Below, one piece after another: positions 25,960 through 40,831 of a stretch of DNA of 64,000 nucleotides. Origin of the DNA: Octopus sinensis. Taxonomy: Eukaryota. Both the position numbers and the translations under genes were made by a program. Position 1 is the stretch's first letter. Each line of letters starts with the position of its first letter. Under the pieces are notes generated by a model. It worked only from the letters and a program-made list of their open reading frames with translations, was not told where the DNA came from and searched no databases. The stretch spans positions 44,082,001 to 44,146,000 of the forward strand of contig NC_043006.1 in the NCBI RefSeq assembly GCF_006345805.1, in the 5' to 3' direction.

Positions 25960-26414
25960 TCATGTATTTCTAGAAAATTCTGAAGAAAACTCTTTGGAGA
26001 AATGAAACTCTAGCAATGCTTAGTGCAGCTTTTATTTTATTTCTACAAACCACCTACTACTTTGCTCAAACCAAAGTAAGAAGACTAAACACAAAACAAA
26101 GAAAGAAACAAACAAAAACAATATGGTAGAAATGATGAAAAGATACGGTGGAGGAAAAAAAAAAATCAATCTATATTATTTTCTGCAGATCAAAGCTAAA
26201 TTCAAAGAACAAAAGCCTGTGAAACCACTTTACTGCATATTTCAAACTAAATCTAAACGCAAATTAGAAAACCCTTCAAATAATGAATCTATGATGATGA
26301 TGATGATGGCAACATTGGTAGTGATGATGATAATTATGATGATAATGAGGATGAAGGCAGCAACAGCAGTGACGGCAACAACAGCAATAATAATGATGAT
26401 GATGATGATAATAA

Positions 26415-26450
<36 letters not shown>

Positions 26451-27925
26451 CCATATTGATGATAGTTTTATTACATGTATAATTTATATTTATAACTTTT
26501 TTCCTTCCTATTGAAAGTTTACATAAATATCCCATCCATCATTGCCATGCCAATTTTCTGCTGCTCTGAAGCTTGTTTGCTGGCGTCTTCGGAACAATAT
26601 GGACGTCTTGATAAAAATGGACAAATTCAGTGTGATACATTCTAAAAATAAAATCTTCTTTCTATAATTTGTACCATTTCATTTTCTTTTTTCTCTCAAT
26701 CTTTCTCTTCTTTTATCCTTTTTTTTTTTTTTTTTAATAATTTTTGTAGTTTTCGTCTCTGCTACAAACACCACGTTACGAAACATGTTAGCTTCCAAGC
26801 CTTCAATCCCGAATATAAGAAATTATTATTATTGTTACTATAATCATGATCATCATCATTATCATCATCACTGTCGTCGTCATCTTTTTAAAAAGAAAAT
26901 TGGATTTATTTCCCATACAATACTCTCTCTCTCTATCCATTGGCAAAATGATTGATTCCGAAACAAAATACACAACACCACACACACACAAAAGAGAAAA
27001 AAAAAACATAAATAAAACAAGACTGTATAAATTTTACCAAAAACATTCCTTTATCAAGAACATTAAATAAATATATCTAAGAACTGTGTTGTCTGGGAAA
27101 AACTAATTCGAAATTCAACATTTTTACTGCTTTTTTTTATGATAAGCTGAGAAATTTGGCCAAAAAAATTAAATACAAAAAAATACATATTGAATTATTC
27201 ACTTGTAATTTTTTTTTTCTTTCTGGTTCTATTGTTCTTGGTGTTCTGCCAGACATTTGTGACTTTCTTCAGTCATACATATATACTTTAATATCAACTT
27301 TGACAGACTGAAGTGCTAAGATAACAGATTCAGGCACAATAATAATAGAGAAAACCCATCATTGAAGGTTTTTTTTTTTTTTTGGGGTTTTTTGGTATTT
27401 TTCTTTTCCAATGTATGTAGATTGGGCAGATACGAATAATCAGTTACTATGCACCAAAGGAGTTACAGTACCAGTGATGTTCAATATTTATATATTTCTG
27501 TGTGTGATCTCAGTTGGCGCTGACAATATTCTCTTGATAAAGAACCAATAAACACACAAAGACCGTCCAAGATTATTTGTCTTTTTTAAATTGGAAATTA
27601 CATACATACACACATACATAGACACAAACACACACACACATACATATACAAACATACATATATATTTTAACATCCAATTCTTCAATAGTTGAATGGGTCA
27701 GGCAGAGATTATTCATGCAGATATTCTATGACCGGGTGTTCTTTTAGTCACTAACCCTCACCAGTTTCCAAACGAGATAATGTATTTCCGCAAAATACTG
27801 GACATGGACGACACTGCTTATATGACGGTGACTCTCATTTACAACTAACATGTGATGCCAAGGCAAGGAAACACAATCGCATACACACTCACAAACACAC
27901 ACATACATACATACAGACATATATA

Positions 27926-27968
<43 letters not shown>

Positions 27969-30900
27969 CAGGTAAACCTTGTATCACCTTACTGGCACTT
28001 GTACTGGTAGCACGTGAAAAAACATTCGAGCGAGGTCATTGCCAGTGCCACTGAACTGGTTCCTGTGCAGGTAGCACATAAAAAAGCACCATATGAGTGT
28101 GGCCATTGCCAGTACCACCTGACTGGCCCTCATGCCGGTGGCACGTAAAAGCACCCACTGCACTCTCGGAGTGGTTGACATTAGGAAGGGTGTCCAGCTG
28201 TAGACATTCTGCCAGATCAGATTGGAGCCTGGTGCAGCCATCTGGTTTGTCAGACCTCAGTCAAATTGTCCAACTCATGCTAGCATAGAAAGCGGACATT
28301 AAACAATGATGATGATGTTATATATATATACATACATACATACATACACACACACATATATATATACACATACACATATATATACACATACATGTGTATG
28401 TATGTATATACACACACACACACACAGATATAGACACAAACATATAAACACACACATATACATTTACGTGAACATAGTTTGTGGCAGAGGGAGACCTGGA
28501 AGAACTGGGACAAATTAATGAACGCTGACTTCATGGCTTGAACCTCAAGGCAGAGGTGAAAAATGACCAGGACCACTGGTGATATGCAATGCTCAAAGAA
28601 CACCAGCCAATCTCAGTGAATCTGAAGTTCTGGAAGCACAATGTAAATATACACAACTGAGCCTCTTGCTCAGTTTCCTTCTCAAACCCTACCTCATCTC
28701 TCTATCACCGGTCCCTCCATTACCAGCCCAACAACATATTCCATCATCATCTTTTTCAGTGACACCACTTATCTTTCTAACCAGAACCACCTCACTTGAC
28801 ATCCGTCCTTCATTCTTAACATTCCACAGGCATTTTACATTGATCGCCCTTCTATACAACCAAATAATCTCTCCTTCTCCTCCTTCATACATCTCTCACT
28901 CTTCCCTAACACAGTTACAGCCTACTTATCCACATGACACTTCCCTTGCTCTCATCTTTCCTATCTACTGCAATTAGTATTAGTGTTTTGCTGTTCTTCC
29001 TCTATTTTTTCACACTGCCAGTCATCACCTACTCTCCACTACTGTTCCTCCAACTCACCTCTTCACCCTTGTCCATCATTCACTACATCCATCCCTTCAA
29101 CCTTACCTAATCTCTACAATCATCACTTATTTTTCCTTACATTCCACCCAATTAATTTTATCCTATTCATCATCAACCACCTCCCAACCCTTGTTCATCA
29201 TTCATTATATTCATCCACACCCAACCCTACTCCAATTCCAAACATCGGTCACTTTCTCCATATACTCCTTCCACCTCTTACCTACCCACCCTTCCTGTTC
29301 TTCCGTTCCTGTTCCAGTTTATCTTCTTGTACCTTCAGAGTGAATCCACTCTGACACCTCAACCACATGATTTTTATCTCTTTCCAGCACCATCCCATTT
29401 ACTTCCACCTTCTCTTCTATAATGCAAGTAGCCATTAGCTCCTCTACAGCAAGGAACCAATTCGAGCCCCTTCTTTCATAATTTAATTACTTGTTTACTC
29501 ACATAAAACCACCTCTCCCCCTACTGTAGCCCCACTCAGTCAAGAGTAATCTTAGTCTTTGAGCTATATCACAACATCATAAGTGATGATGCCAGTACTC
29601 TGTAAAGCAGTTGGTGCTAGGAAAGACATGCAGCTATAGCCATAGAAATCATACCAGAACAAAACATTCCAGCATGATATAGTCCTCAGAGCCATTGGAT
29701 TATGTTCAAACATCCAAATCCAGTGCTCAAAGGAGCCCAGTGTTAAATGATATATATATTCATCATCATCATCATCGTTTAGCATCCATTTTCCGTGCTA
29801 GCACAGGTTGGATGATTCGACCGGGATCTGGGAAGCCAGGAGGCTGCACCAGGCTCCAGTCTGATCTGGCAGTGTTTCTACAGCTGGATGCCCTTCCTGA
29901 CGCCAACCACTCCGTGAGTGTAGTGGGTGCTTTTTACGTGCCACTGGCACAGGTGCCAGGGAAGTCTGATAATTTTAATACAGAGCAAATAATTCAGGAG
30001 AAAATATTTGTGAAGATATCATTGACTTTATTATTATCTAGTGTAACAATTTAAAAATGATAATAACAGAATCAATAATATAGGTGATTGCAGGTCCAAA
30101 ACAAGCATTAAATAGCTGAAGGATTAAAATTAATCAAAGGACATACTAAGTATGTCTACCTGCTGGAAATAACAGTCAAAATACATTGATAATAAGATTG
30201 TTTTTATGTTCAGTATAATAAAGAGAATTTTACATTAATCTGATGGGTTACTCTATACTTATGTAGAGTACAAATTTATTATTCTTATACAAGAATGATG
30301 TTGATAGAAACTTTGAAGTTTTTGCCAGCTGCCCTCATCAGATATGTGTATGTTATATATACACATATCATCATTACCATCATTTAACATACACTTTTCT
30401 ATGCTTGCATGGGTTAGATGTAATTTCTTGAGGCAGATTTTCTATGGCTGCTAACCATTCCTATTGCCAGCCCTCACCTGTGTCCAAGCAAGATAATATT
30501 TCCCCAGACATGTTTTTTTCATGCAAGACTGGAAACAAACAACAACGCTTGTATTATGGCGGTTCCTGTTTACAACCATCATGTGATGTCCAGACAAGGG
30601 TATACACAACACACACACACACACACACACACACATGTGCAAACAGACACATACAGATAAATATATATATATAAAAAAAAATTCAAATATCTCAAACAAA
30701 AACCAGTCAAATGTTTAATGAGTTTCCCATATAAAAACCAACAATTTTTGGAACTAATAAACAGCTAGACATTTCAGGATTGACTTGTCATCAAAACAAT
30801 AAACCAGGAATCTTTTGTTTGTGTCTCATTCTTCAATAAATAGTTGACATTTCTTTATATACACTGAAATCAATAAACAGTTAGTTGGCTTTCTTTGCCA

Positions 30901-31639
30901 ACCAAACTACTTAAAAACAAACAAACAAACAAACAAACAAACAAACAAACACCTCCACCGCCCCCGAAGCCAATTCGTTTATACTTTATTTAAACATAAA
31001 ATCACAAATACACACACACACACACTCTCACACAGACACATACTGAAAAGTAAATGACAGGCAGTGAAACATTTAAATGGTCACTCACAAGCATTTTTTT
31101 AATCCCCTCCCCGCCCCTCCCCCCAAACCCAAAACAAACAAACTTATAATGTTCTGAAATTTTTGAAAAATTCCAACAGGAATGAAAGCACTGAAAGAGC
31201 ATGACAAGTAATAATTGTTTTGAATTTTAGCACAAGGCCAGCAAATTTGTTGGGTGGGGTAAGTTGCTTACATTGACACCCCTTCCCTCTCCTCCTCTTA
31301 TATACATATATATATATATAATCTGTACACCACTACAGACACTCTATACATGTGTGTGTGTATTTGAGAGAGAGTGTGTGTCACACAAATGGCAACTGTG
31401 CCAGTGGCACATAAAGGCACCATTACACTCTCGGAGGGGTTGGCAATAGAAAGGGCATCCAGCTGTAGAAACCATGCCAAAACAGACACAGAAGTATGGT
31501 GCAGTTTTCAGCTTCCCAGCCCTAGTCAAACCGTCCAACCCTTGCTAGCACGGACAATGGATGTTAAATGATGATGATGATGATATATACACACACACAT
31601 ACTTATACAGACACATACTTATATATATATGCATATACA

Positions 31640-31681
<42 letters not shown>

Positions 31682-32602
31682 AACTTATAGAGACATACAC
31701 ATATACACATGGATAGTTAACGATTTTCTTCCTCCGTCTTCCTTCTCTCTTGGACTTTTCTCTTTCTCCTGTTTCTGAAAAAGAGCTTTACTTGAAACGT
31801 AAAACACCCTCTCTTTCCTTCCCTGAGCGTCTTATTAACACTTTGTATGTACCACATCCTTGCATTGTTTTTTCTTGCCTTTTTTTTTCTCCGTTTTTTT
31901 TTTATTAACCATATAACATATTAACAATCATCATCATCCTCATTGATTAACATCTGTTTTCCATGCTGGCATGGGTTGGACGGTTGGACTGAGGTTTGGA
32001 GAGCCAGCAACTGCACCAGGCTCCAATCAAGTCTGGCAGAGTTTCTACAGCTGGATGGCCTTCCTAACGCCAACCACTCCAAGAGTGTAGTGAGTGCTTT
32101 TTACGTGCCACTGGCACAGGAGCCAGTCAGGGGATACTGGCATCGGTTACGATCAGTGGGTGCCTTTTATATACACACACACACACACATCGTTTACTTT
32201 TTATCTTTTATGCTTCTTTAATTTCAATCATTCGACTACCACTATACTTTGAGACATCACCTTGAAGGGTTTTATTTGAATGAATCAACCTCAAAACATA
32301 GTTTTATAAAACCTGGTACTTATTCCATTGGTTTCTTTTGCTGAACCACAAAGTTGTAGGACATAAACAAACCAACACCAGTTGACAAGCAGTGGTGGTG
32401 GGAAAAACACAAACACACAATATTGACATAGAAACACATTACAAAGGGCTTCTTTCAGTTTCCATCCACTCTCAAGGCTTATTCAGCCTTGAGTGTCAAC
32501 GGAAGAGGCTTGCCCTGAGTGCATGCTGTGGGAGTGAACCTGGAACTATGCAAACTTCTTACCACACAGCCACATGTAAATATACACACACACACACAAT
32601 GT

Positions 32603-32658
<56 letters not shown>

Positions 32659-33241
32659 AATCCAAGCCAGCATGGTAAATGGATTATAGCAATGAGAGAA
32701 AGACAGAGGAGGGGAGAGGGGGAGGAGGGAGAGGGGGAGGAGAGAGAGAAAGGAGGGTGGGAAGAGTATACAGAAAAAGAATTGGAAAGATTTTAAAAGT
32801 TATATATCATATCATCTGGTAAAAGCAGCTTTTCTTAAAAAGTTAACTAAAAAAATCTCTTTTACACGTTAAATATAATGAGAAACTCAAGATAATTACT
32901 GTTTACTTCCAATAGTCCTTCAAATCTAGAAACATTCTCCACACTATAATCATCTTAGAGTATTATACTAATTAAACACTTCTCAGCAATTACTGTGAGT
33001 TAGGTGGAAATCTTTTTGTCATTTCTTCTTCAAGTGGCTTCTCCAGAGAAATTACCGAGTTAATTAAGACAGAGATAAACTGTATTAACTTGAGTCTATT
33101 TATCTAACAGCTTTCGAAGCTTATGACGACAGATTTAACAAGAATTAAACAAGCATTTTGGATTAATAAGAAAACAAAAGAAAAACAGGAAAAAAAAATG
33201 CTAAATATTTTATCAGGCGTAAAAGTAATGTCTTACCCAAT

Positions 33242-33283
<42 letters not shown>

Positions 33284-33773
33284 ATGTGTGTATATTACAA
33301 TCATATTGGGAATATTAAAATAAAAAATAAATGCGCCCTTTTAAAGCCTAGCCAGGATCATGGGCCCGGTTTACCGTTTTCAATGATGTATGTGTTCCCC
33401 AGCTGAACGGGACACTAGTCCATCGCAGCGTTACTCATTTTTACCAGCTGAGTGGACTGGAGCAACGTAAAATGAAGTGTTTTGCTCAAGAACACAATGC
33501 GTCGCCAGGAATCAAAACTACAATCTTACTTGACTGGTATTTTATCAACCCCAAATAAATAAAAGGCAAATTTGACCATGGACGAATTTGAACTCAGAAT
33601 GCTAAGACCCAGAAGAAATGCTGCTAGACACTTTGTCTGACAGACTAATGATTCTGCAAGCTCACCAATTAATTATGTATACTGATTTGGTCATGGAACC
33701 ATCAAATGTATTCAAAACCTCAAAGCATGCTTTTAAGGGCAGGTGCTAAGCTTCAGTTCTATGATTTTAAACA

Positions 33774-34175
33774 GGTGCAGGAGTGGCTATGTGGTAAGTA
33801 GCTTGCTTACCAACCACATGGTTCCAGGTTCAGTCCCACTGCGTAGCACCTTGGGCAAGTGTTTTCTACTATAGCCTTGGGCCAACCAAAGCCTTGTGAG
33901 TGGATTTGGTAGGCGGAAACTGAAAGAAGCCCGTCGTATATATCTATCTATATGTGTGTGTGTGTGTGTGTGTGTTTGTGTGTCTGTATTCGTCCCCCCA
34001 ATATCACTTGACAACCGATGCTGGTGTGTTTACGTTCCTGTAACTTAGCAGTTCGGCAAAAGAGACCGATAGCATAATTACTAGGCTTACAAAAAATAAG
34101 TCCTGGGGTCGATTTGCTTGACTAAAGGTGGTGCTCCAGCATGGCCGCAGTCAAATGACTGAAACAAGTAAAAGA
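33774..34175 (+). mobile_element. SINE family A, full length
   Basis: Head, (TG)n spacer and 3' module are all present. Confidence 0.9.
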
Positions 34176-34505
34176 GAGAGAGATAACACACATACATACA
34201 CACACACAAACTCTCTCTCTCTCTCTCCCCCAATAGGAATCCTACATATTGCTGATGACATTGTATCAAGGTGAAATGGAATGATCTGCCTGGAAACCCA
34301 AGCAAAAGCACCCCAAAATGATATGACCATAAGATCTCATGAACTAGTAGTCCAATATATTGTCCACACAGAAATTTTGCTTCCACAATATTTATTTAAC
34401 AAGATAAACTACAACTATTGACAATCAAAAATGAATGAGATAATCTTAGAAAAAATTACTCTAAATGTAACAAATAATATTAGACTAGTCATATAAAGAT
34501 ATAAA

Positions 34506-34677
34506 ATGTGCCAATCTCTAACTGTGGATGGAACCTGTGATAGAGGTAGACCCAGGAAGACATGGGATGAGATGGTGAAGCATGATATTCAAAGTTTGAG
34601 CCTCACAGAGGCAATGATTGGTGACTGAGACCTTTAGTGATGTGCTGAGATTGAGAGGACCCATCAAGCCAAGTGCA
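34506..34677 (+). mobile_element. Degenerate RTE-type LINE ORF2 C-terminal fragment
   Basis: Translates MCQSLTVDGTCDRGRPRKTWDEMVKHDIQSLSLTEAMIGD* with further stops; 'GRPRKTW..V..D' is characteristic of the RTE-clade ORF2 end. Confidence 0.8.
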
Positions 34678-34821
34678 CCTGTGTCATTGGACTGTGGCAA
34701 TGCTGGGGAACTGATATGAAGGGCTTATTCAAGTCTGGTATTTATTCTATCAGCCTCTTTTACCAAACTACTAAGTTACAGGAAAGTAAACAAACCAACA
34801 ACGGTTGTCAAGTGGTAAAAG

Positions 34822-34853
<32 letters not shown>

Positions 34854-34979
34854 GTACATGAAGGGCTTCCATACAGTTTCTATCAACCAAATTCACTCAC
34901 AGGGCATTGGTCAGCCTGGCATTATAGTAGAAGCCCAAAGATGAACATGCAAATTTAAGGAATTTCACGATAAACTTAC

Positions 34980-35224
34980 TTATTCCATGAGGTGGATGAT
35001 AGCGTTTGGGATGATCTGACAATGGTGGATTCGGAGGCTGGAACGGGCTAGATGCTGAAGCTGGTCGAAGCAGTTGGCCTGACTGCGGCCGTTGAGCTTG
35101 ATAACGCTGCGCATACTGTACAGGAGCGACTTGGTGATGACGGATCTGTTGCCGAGATTCTCGTTCTTGGATTTGCTGGAAGTTGCGTTTCAGCGTGGAT
35201 TCACCAGGTATTTGTAATATTGAG
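34980..35224 (-). CDS. msn: Linker exon: SILQIPGESTLKRNFQQIQERESRQQIRHHQVAPVQYAQRYQAQRPQSGQLLRPASASSPFQPPNPPLSDHPKRYHPPHGI
   Basis: 245 nt, cttctttcag / gtaagt, phase 2-1, open frame; 'PGESTLxR.F' motif. Missed by the ORF track because it has no ATG. Confidence 0.92.
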
Positions 35225-35955
35225 CTGAAAGAAGATAGAAAAGCGAAATCAAATTATAATTCAATACATCTAACAATGAAAAAATAATATTCCAATTAAA
35301 TGAATAAGCACAGATATGGCTGTGTGGATACAGAGTACGCTTCATAACGACAAGGTTTCAGGTTCTATCCCACTATCTGACTCCTTGTAAGTGAAATTGG
35401 TAAATGGAAATTGTATGAAAGCTTGTTATGGGTGAGGAGAGATTGAACCTGAAGCCACGTGGTTGCAAAGTGAACTTCTTAACCACCAACCTCATCTTGA
35501 AGCCTAGTTCACATGTAGATTCTATTGTTTCTGTGCAGTGCTTCAAAAGTGTTCAATATCAGTCTGCTTAAACTGTTGTTATACTTCCAGAAACACCAGC
35601 ATATAATATGTTCCTTACGTACACCTATAAATGGCCTAGTCCAGCAAGGAGAAATATATCTTAAGTCAATAAAAATTATTTTTTAAAAATCAAACTCAGA
35701 ACAAGCAAAGTAAATAAACCATATAAAGGAATTCAGGTCTCTGGTATTAAATAGGACATTCTTGAAATTATTTACAATTTCTTGATTGTACAGTTTGCTG
35801 CATTATATAAGAGCACTTAATGCCTAGGTTTTTCAAAAACCACTTCAGCAATTAGTAAGGAGTGACTAAGGACTGGAAATTAATCCACAGAGAGCAACTG
35901 ACAAAGGTAAATTATATCATGTAGATAAATATGAAGTTAAAGACATCACACAAAC

Positions 35956-36037
35956 CTCGATTCTCCAGGTAAAGCATTATCATCTTCTTCTTCATTGTCA
36001 CTGCCTTCATATTCATATTCTGTCTCGTGATCATCAA
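35956..36037 (-). CDS. msn: Post-kinase acidic exon: (V)DDHETEYEYEGSDNEEEDDNALPGES(S)
   Basis: 82 nt, ttatttcag / gtttgt, phase 1-2; 'ETEYEY.GS' motif as in MAP4K4/TNIK. Confidence 0.93.
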
Positions 36038-36629
36038 CTGAAATAACAATGACAATAAATAATACATAAGAAAAATATTCAGAAAAAATGTTATCAAAAT
36101 AAAATGGACACACACACACACACACACACACAAACATCTTTACAAAGGCCTGCTCCAATATAGGTGACTGGAAATACTCAATAATTTAGAATCTTAGTTT
36201 CATATATTTAAATATTTCCTCTAACTGTATTTTAAAAGTATCTTTCTATTATTATGCTAGCACAATCAAACATTGTATTTTTTTATATTTTGTATATTAA
36301 ATGACTTCTGTGAAACAGGATTACCACTACAATAGAACAATTCTTGATTATGTCACAGCCGATATAAACCTACACATACACAGAAACACTTTACAGTTTG
36401 TTAGAATCTGTTCACATTATCAATTGATAAAGTCTTATGTACAGGTCTGTGAACATACTGACACATCAGTTGAATGCTCTCACAATGAAATGGCTCTACT
36501 GTTAGACAGCAGCTTAAATCACAACGTCAATGTCAGCAAACTAAACTATGACAGGGTAATCTTGGATAGAAAAGCTCTGTAAAATACTTCCAGGTGGAGA
36601 TGGCTTCTGGGATAATATGGCGAAGACTT

Positions 36630-36829
36630 GTTTTCAGTCGTCAGACTGCAGCCATGCTGGAGCACCACTTTGAAGCATTTTAGTAAAATGAATCAATCCC
36701 AGTAACTATTTCTAAGCCGAGCACTTATTCTATCAATCGCTTTTGCTAAACCACTAAGTTACAGGGATATAAACACACTGACACTGACTGTCAATTGGTG
36801 GTAGAGAACAAACACAGACACAATGACAC

Positions 36830-36871
<42 letters not shown>

Positions 36872-37345
36872 AGGGATAAAAGGAGCACTCCATTGGTTAC
36901 GACGACGAGGGTCCCAGCTGATCCAATCAATGGAACAGCTTGCTTGTGAAATTAACGTGCAAGTAGCTGAGCACTCTACAGACACATGTACCCTTAACAT
37001 AGTTCTCAGGGAGGTTAAGCATGACACAGAGTGTGACAAGGATGGCCCTTTGAAATACAGATACTACTCATTTTTATCAGCTGAGTGGACTGGAGCAACA
37101 TGAAATAAAGGGACTTGCTTAAAGACACAATGCATCGCCGGGAATTGAACTCACGACTTTATGGTCATGAGCCAAATGCCCTAACCACTTTATACAACAG
37201 GCTTCTTTCAGTTTCCGTCTACCAAATCCTGTCAAGGGCTTTGGTTGACTCAAGGCTATAATAGAAAACACTTGCCAAAAGGACTGAACCTGAAATCATG
37301 TGGTTGGGAAGCAAGCTTCTTACCACACAGCCACACTAGCACCTA
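36630..37345 (-). mobile_element. SINE family A split by a nested family C SINE (about 36885-37188)
   Basis: A-family 3' module at 36630-36800 and head at 37195-37345; the family C sequence lies in the (CA)n spacer. Confidence 0.8.
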
Positions 37346-37459
37346 TATCAAGTAATTCATCTTTCTCTATAGAACACAAAGTAGGGAGCTGATTTATTTC
37401 AAACTTCTCAAACTTTCTAAATTCGTATGACATAAATATATAACCATGTAATCCAATCA

Positions 37460-37687
<228 letters not shown>

Positions 37688-38609
37688 TTAAGATGTTAAA
37701 TTTTTTTTTTTTTTTTTGAGATTAAAGCAAACACATACTGTAGAAACATTGCCAGATGAGATTGGAGCCTGGTGCGGGGCCCCCTGGCTTCCTAGTCCCC
37801 AGTCAAACCATCGAACCCATGCCATCATGGAAAACGAATGTTAATTGATGATGATGATGATGAATGTGAGTAAACGAAGAACAGCCAATGAAGGTATTAC
37901 TTTTCCAAAGAGTTTACTTAAAATGAGCTATTTAATTTTAAAAGAGATTATTTTAAAGAGATTAATATATCACCACCTTCACTACTTTGTCTTCCATTTT
38001 TGAAAAGAATCTCATTTACAAATGTAAATGAGTTCTGTTATTATTGTTTAACCGAAGGTCAGATCTGATCAAGCAATCAAGATCAAGAACAAATTGACTG
38101 TAACTATTTCATAAATAATTTTTTTTTGGGGTGGGGGTGCAAACAATATACCTAGGACTGCATTAGTCAATGTATTTTCCCTCTTAAGACAAAAGAATAT
38201 GATTTAGCTATTATTTCTAGCGGTTCAAGTAACTGCACAAAGCATTTGTTGGCTTCGAAGGACTCATGTAGTTCTCTGATGTGTGCAAGTATTACATGTG
38301 CCACAATCTCATTTCATTTTCTGAATTAATACTAGTGCAAAAAAGAAATGAAATTATGAGGAGAATTTTCAAACGTGTTGACATTTGGGTGACTAGTGAC
38401 CATCTTTGGTCAAGAATATGTCAGGAATAACTTTTATAATTGTGTACAAACACGTTATCTTCTTGAAACTGCTCTCTTTTCTTTGTATCTTTCAATTGTA
38501 GTTGCTATATTCATCATTCTGTTTGATTCTATACGTAATATATACTACAACCACAACTACAAAACCTTCATCCTGACCAGTGAAATATCCACAGACACCA
38601 AGAAAACTA

Positions 38610-38882
<273 letters not shown>

Positions 38883-39180
38883 TCACCCACATATTTATTA
38901 GTATCCAAGGTAACTAAATATCCATTTTATTTAACTGTCAAGTTCCCAACAATGTTTGTTGTTTCTTTATTAAAATGCAACGCAAAGTAGAGTTCATCTA
39001 TTTACATGTTTAAAATGCTTAAAATATTGGAGAAACAGACACAAAATAATAATGATAAGCAAAAATCATAAAGATTTTTAGCTAAAAATAACTAAGTAAA
39101 GATATACATAGTTTACCAGCAATTATGTTCTATGTATTGTTATTAGAGACAAAAGTTTGTAAAACATTTGTAATACTTAC

Positions 39181-39235
39181 GAGGTTTACCTTCTGCCATT
39201 TCAATGGCGGTGATACCCAGCGACCAAAGGTCACT
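39181..39235 (-). CDS. msn: Kinase exon: SDLWSLGITAIEMAEGKP(P)
   Basis: 55 nt, ttctacag / gtaagt, phase 0-1; subdomain IX. Confidence 0.95.
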
Positions 39236-39322
39236 CTGTAGAATAAATGAAATAAAAACATATTCAATTAACACCTTTTCTAATTTAATGAATAAATGAT
39301 GAATAGAGATATCGAGGTTTAA

Positions 39323-39538
39323 CCCATTACTATTTTAAACAGGCCATATCCAACCCAAATATTCTGTTTTATGCAGAAACCAGTCAAATCCAACCTCTCA
39401 AACTACCCTGCAATGTCATTGTAAAAATAAACAATTACAACACAGAAATCTGAAAGCTATGAAATGATGCATGATTAATTCAAAACAATGAGAATTAATG
39501 TGTAATATATTTAATTGAGTAATCTGAATCTTAAAGGG
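39323..39538. mobile_element. piggyBac-like MITE filling most of the 324-nt intron between two kinase exons
   Basis: ttaa-ccc at 39319-25 and ggg-ttga at 39536-42; body matches the 60725 and 5990 copies; ends about 20 nt from the 39559 donor. Confidence 0.65.
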
Positions 39539-39559
39539 TTGAGAAGGATAGAAACTTAC

Positions 39560-39617
39560 CCTATTATCATATGTAGCATCAGGGTTTTCATCACAGGCAA
39601 TAACTTCTGGTGCCATC
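39560..39617 (-). CDS. msn: Kinase exon: (W)MAPEVIACDENPDATYDNR
   Basis: 58 nt, ttccag / gtaagt, phase 2-0; visible in ORF 39416..39670. Confidence 0.97.
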
Positions 39618-40783
39618 CTGGAATAGTTAACAAGAATAATATTCAGTGTTGCATATTGAGTATTAAACATAATATTCTTGAGGAGACCTATTGAGTCAAG
39701 TACGTCAACACCAACATCAAAATAGAAATCAAATGGAAATTGTAGTTAAGATACCCATGCCGGTGACACGTAAAAAGCACTGTCCGAACGTAGTAGATGC
39801 CAGCACCGCCTGACTGGTGTCCATGCTGGTGACACATAAAAGCACCAACTGATCGTGGTCATTTGCCAGCCTCCTCTGGCCTCTGTGCCGGTGGCACGTA
39901 AAAAGCACCCACTACACTCGCAGAGTGGTTGGTATTAGGAAGGGCATCCAGCTGTAGAAACACTGCCAGATGAGACTGGAGCATGGTGCAGCCTCTTGGC
40001 TTTCCAGACCCCGGCCAAACTGTCCAACCCATGCTAGCATGGAAAATGGACATTAAACGATGATGATGATGATGATGATGATGATTCTGTAGCAAAAAGC
40101 AAATTCCTGAACAGAGAACTCCTACCATTGCCGAAAGATCATAAATTCATAGTTTCTTGAGAGTAATAGGTAAAGCACCAACAGCATTTGAAGTAAATTC
40201 TATAATATTGTGCAAGATAATATAGGTACAGGCTTGGCTGTGTGATTAAGAAACTTGCTTGGCAACCACATGGTTTTAGGTTCAGTCCCACTGCACAGCA
40301 CCTGATGCAAATGTTGTCTACAATAGCCCTGGGCTGACCAATACTTGTGAGTGAGTTTTGTAGATGAAAACTGTGGAAGCCCACTGTGTGTGTGTGTGTT
40401 GTGTCTGTTTGTCACCCTCAACCCTACATTTGACACCCAGTATTGGTCTCTTTCCACCCGCACAATTTAGCAGTTCAGCAAAAGAGACCAACAAGTACTG
40501 AACTTTAAAGAATAACCTAAGTACTAGGGTTGATTTGTTTGACTACAACTCTTCAAGACAGTGCCCCAGTATGGCCACAGTCCATGAACGGAAACAAGTA
40601 ACATATAAAAGACAATATAAAGCCATAATGGCTATGTCCAGTTGGCATATTTGGTATGTTTGTCTGATGTGATAACAATTCTGCCAGCTTCACCATTTTC
40701 GGTGACTTATAAATAATAAGGTATAAAAATTCTGTGATGCAAGTTATCACAATGGTTCCCGGTGGCAGAGGAAAGTTCCAAAC

Positions 40784-40831
<48 letters not shown>

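Noticed and set aside
27470-27532. Acceptor ttctttatcaag with a short open stretch
   Set aside because: A TGA follows in the incoming phase 1 and there is no convincing donor.
30945-30980. G-rich 31-nt stretch reading YKRIGFGGGG
   Set aside because: Wrong phase for its position (immediate TAA in phase 1), with a weak acceptor and donor.
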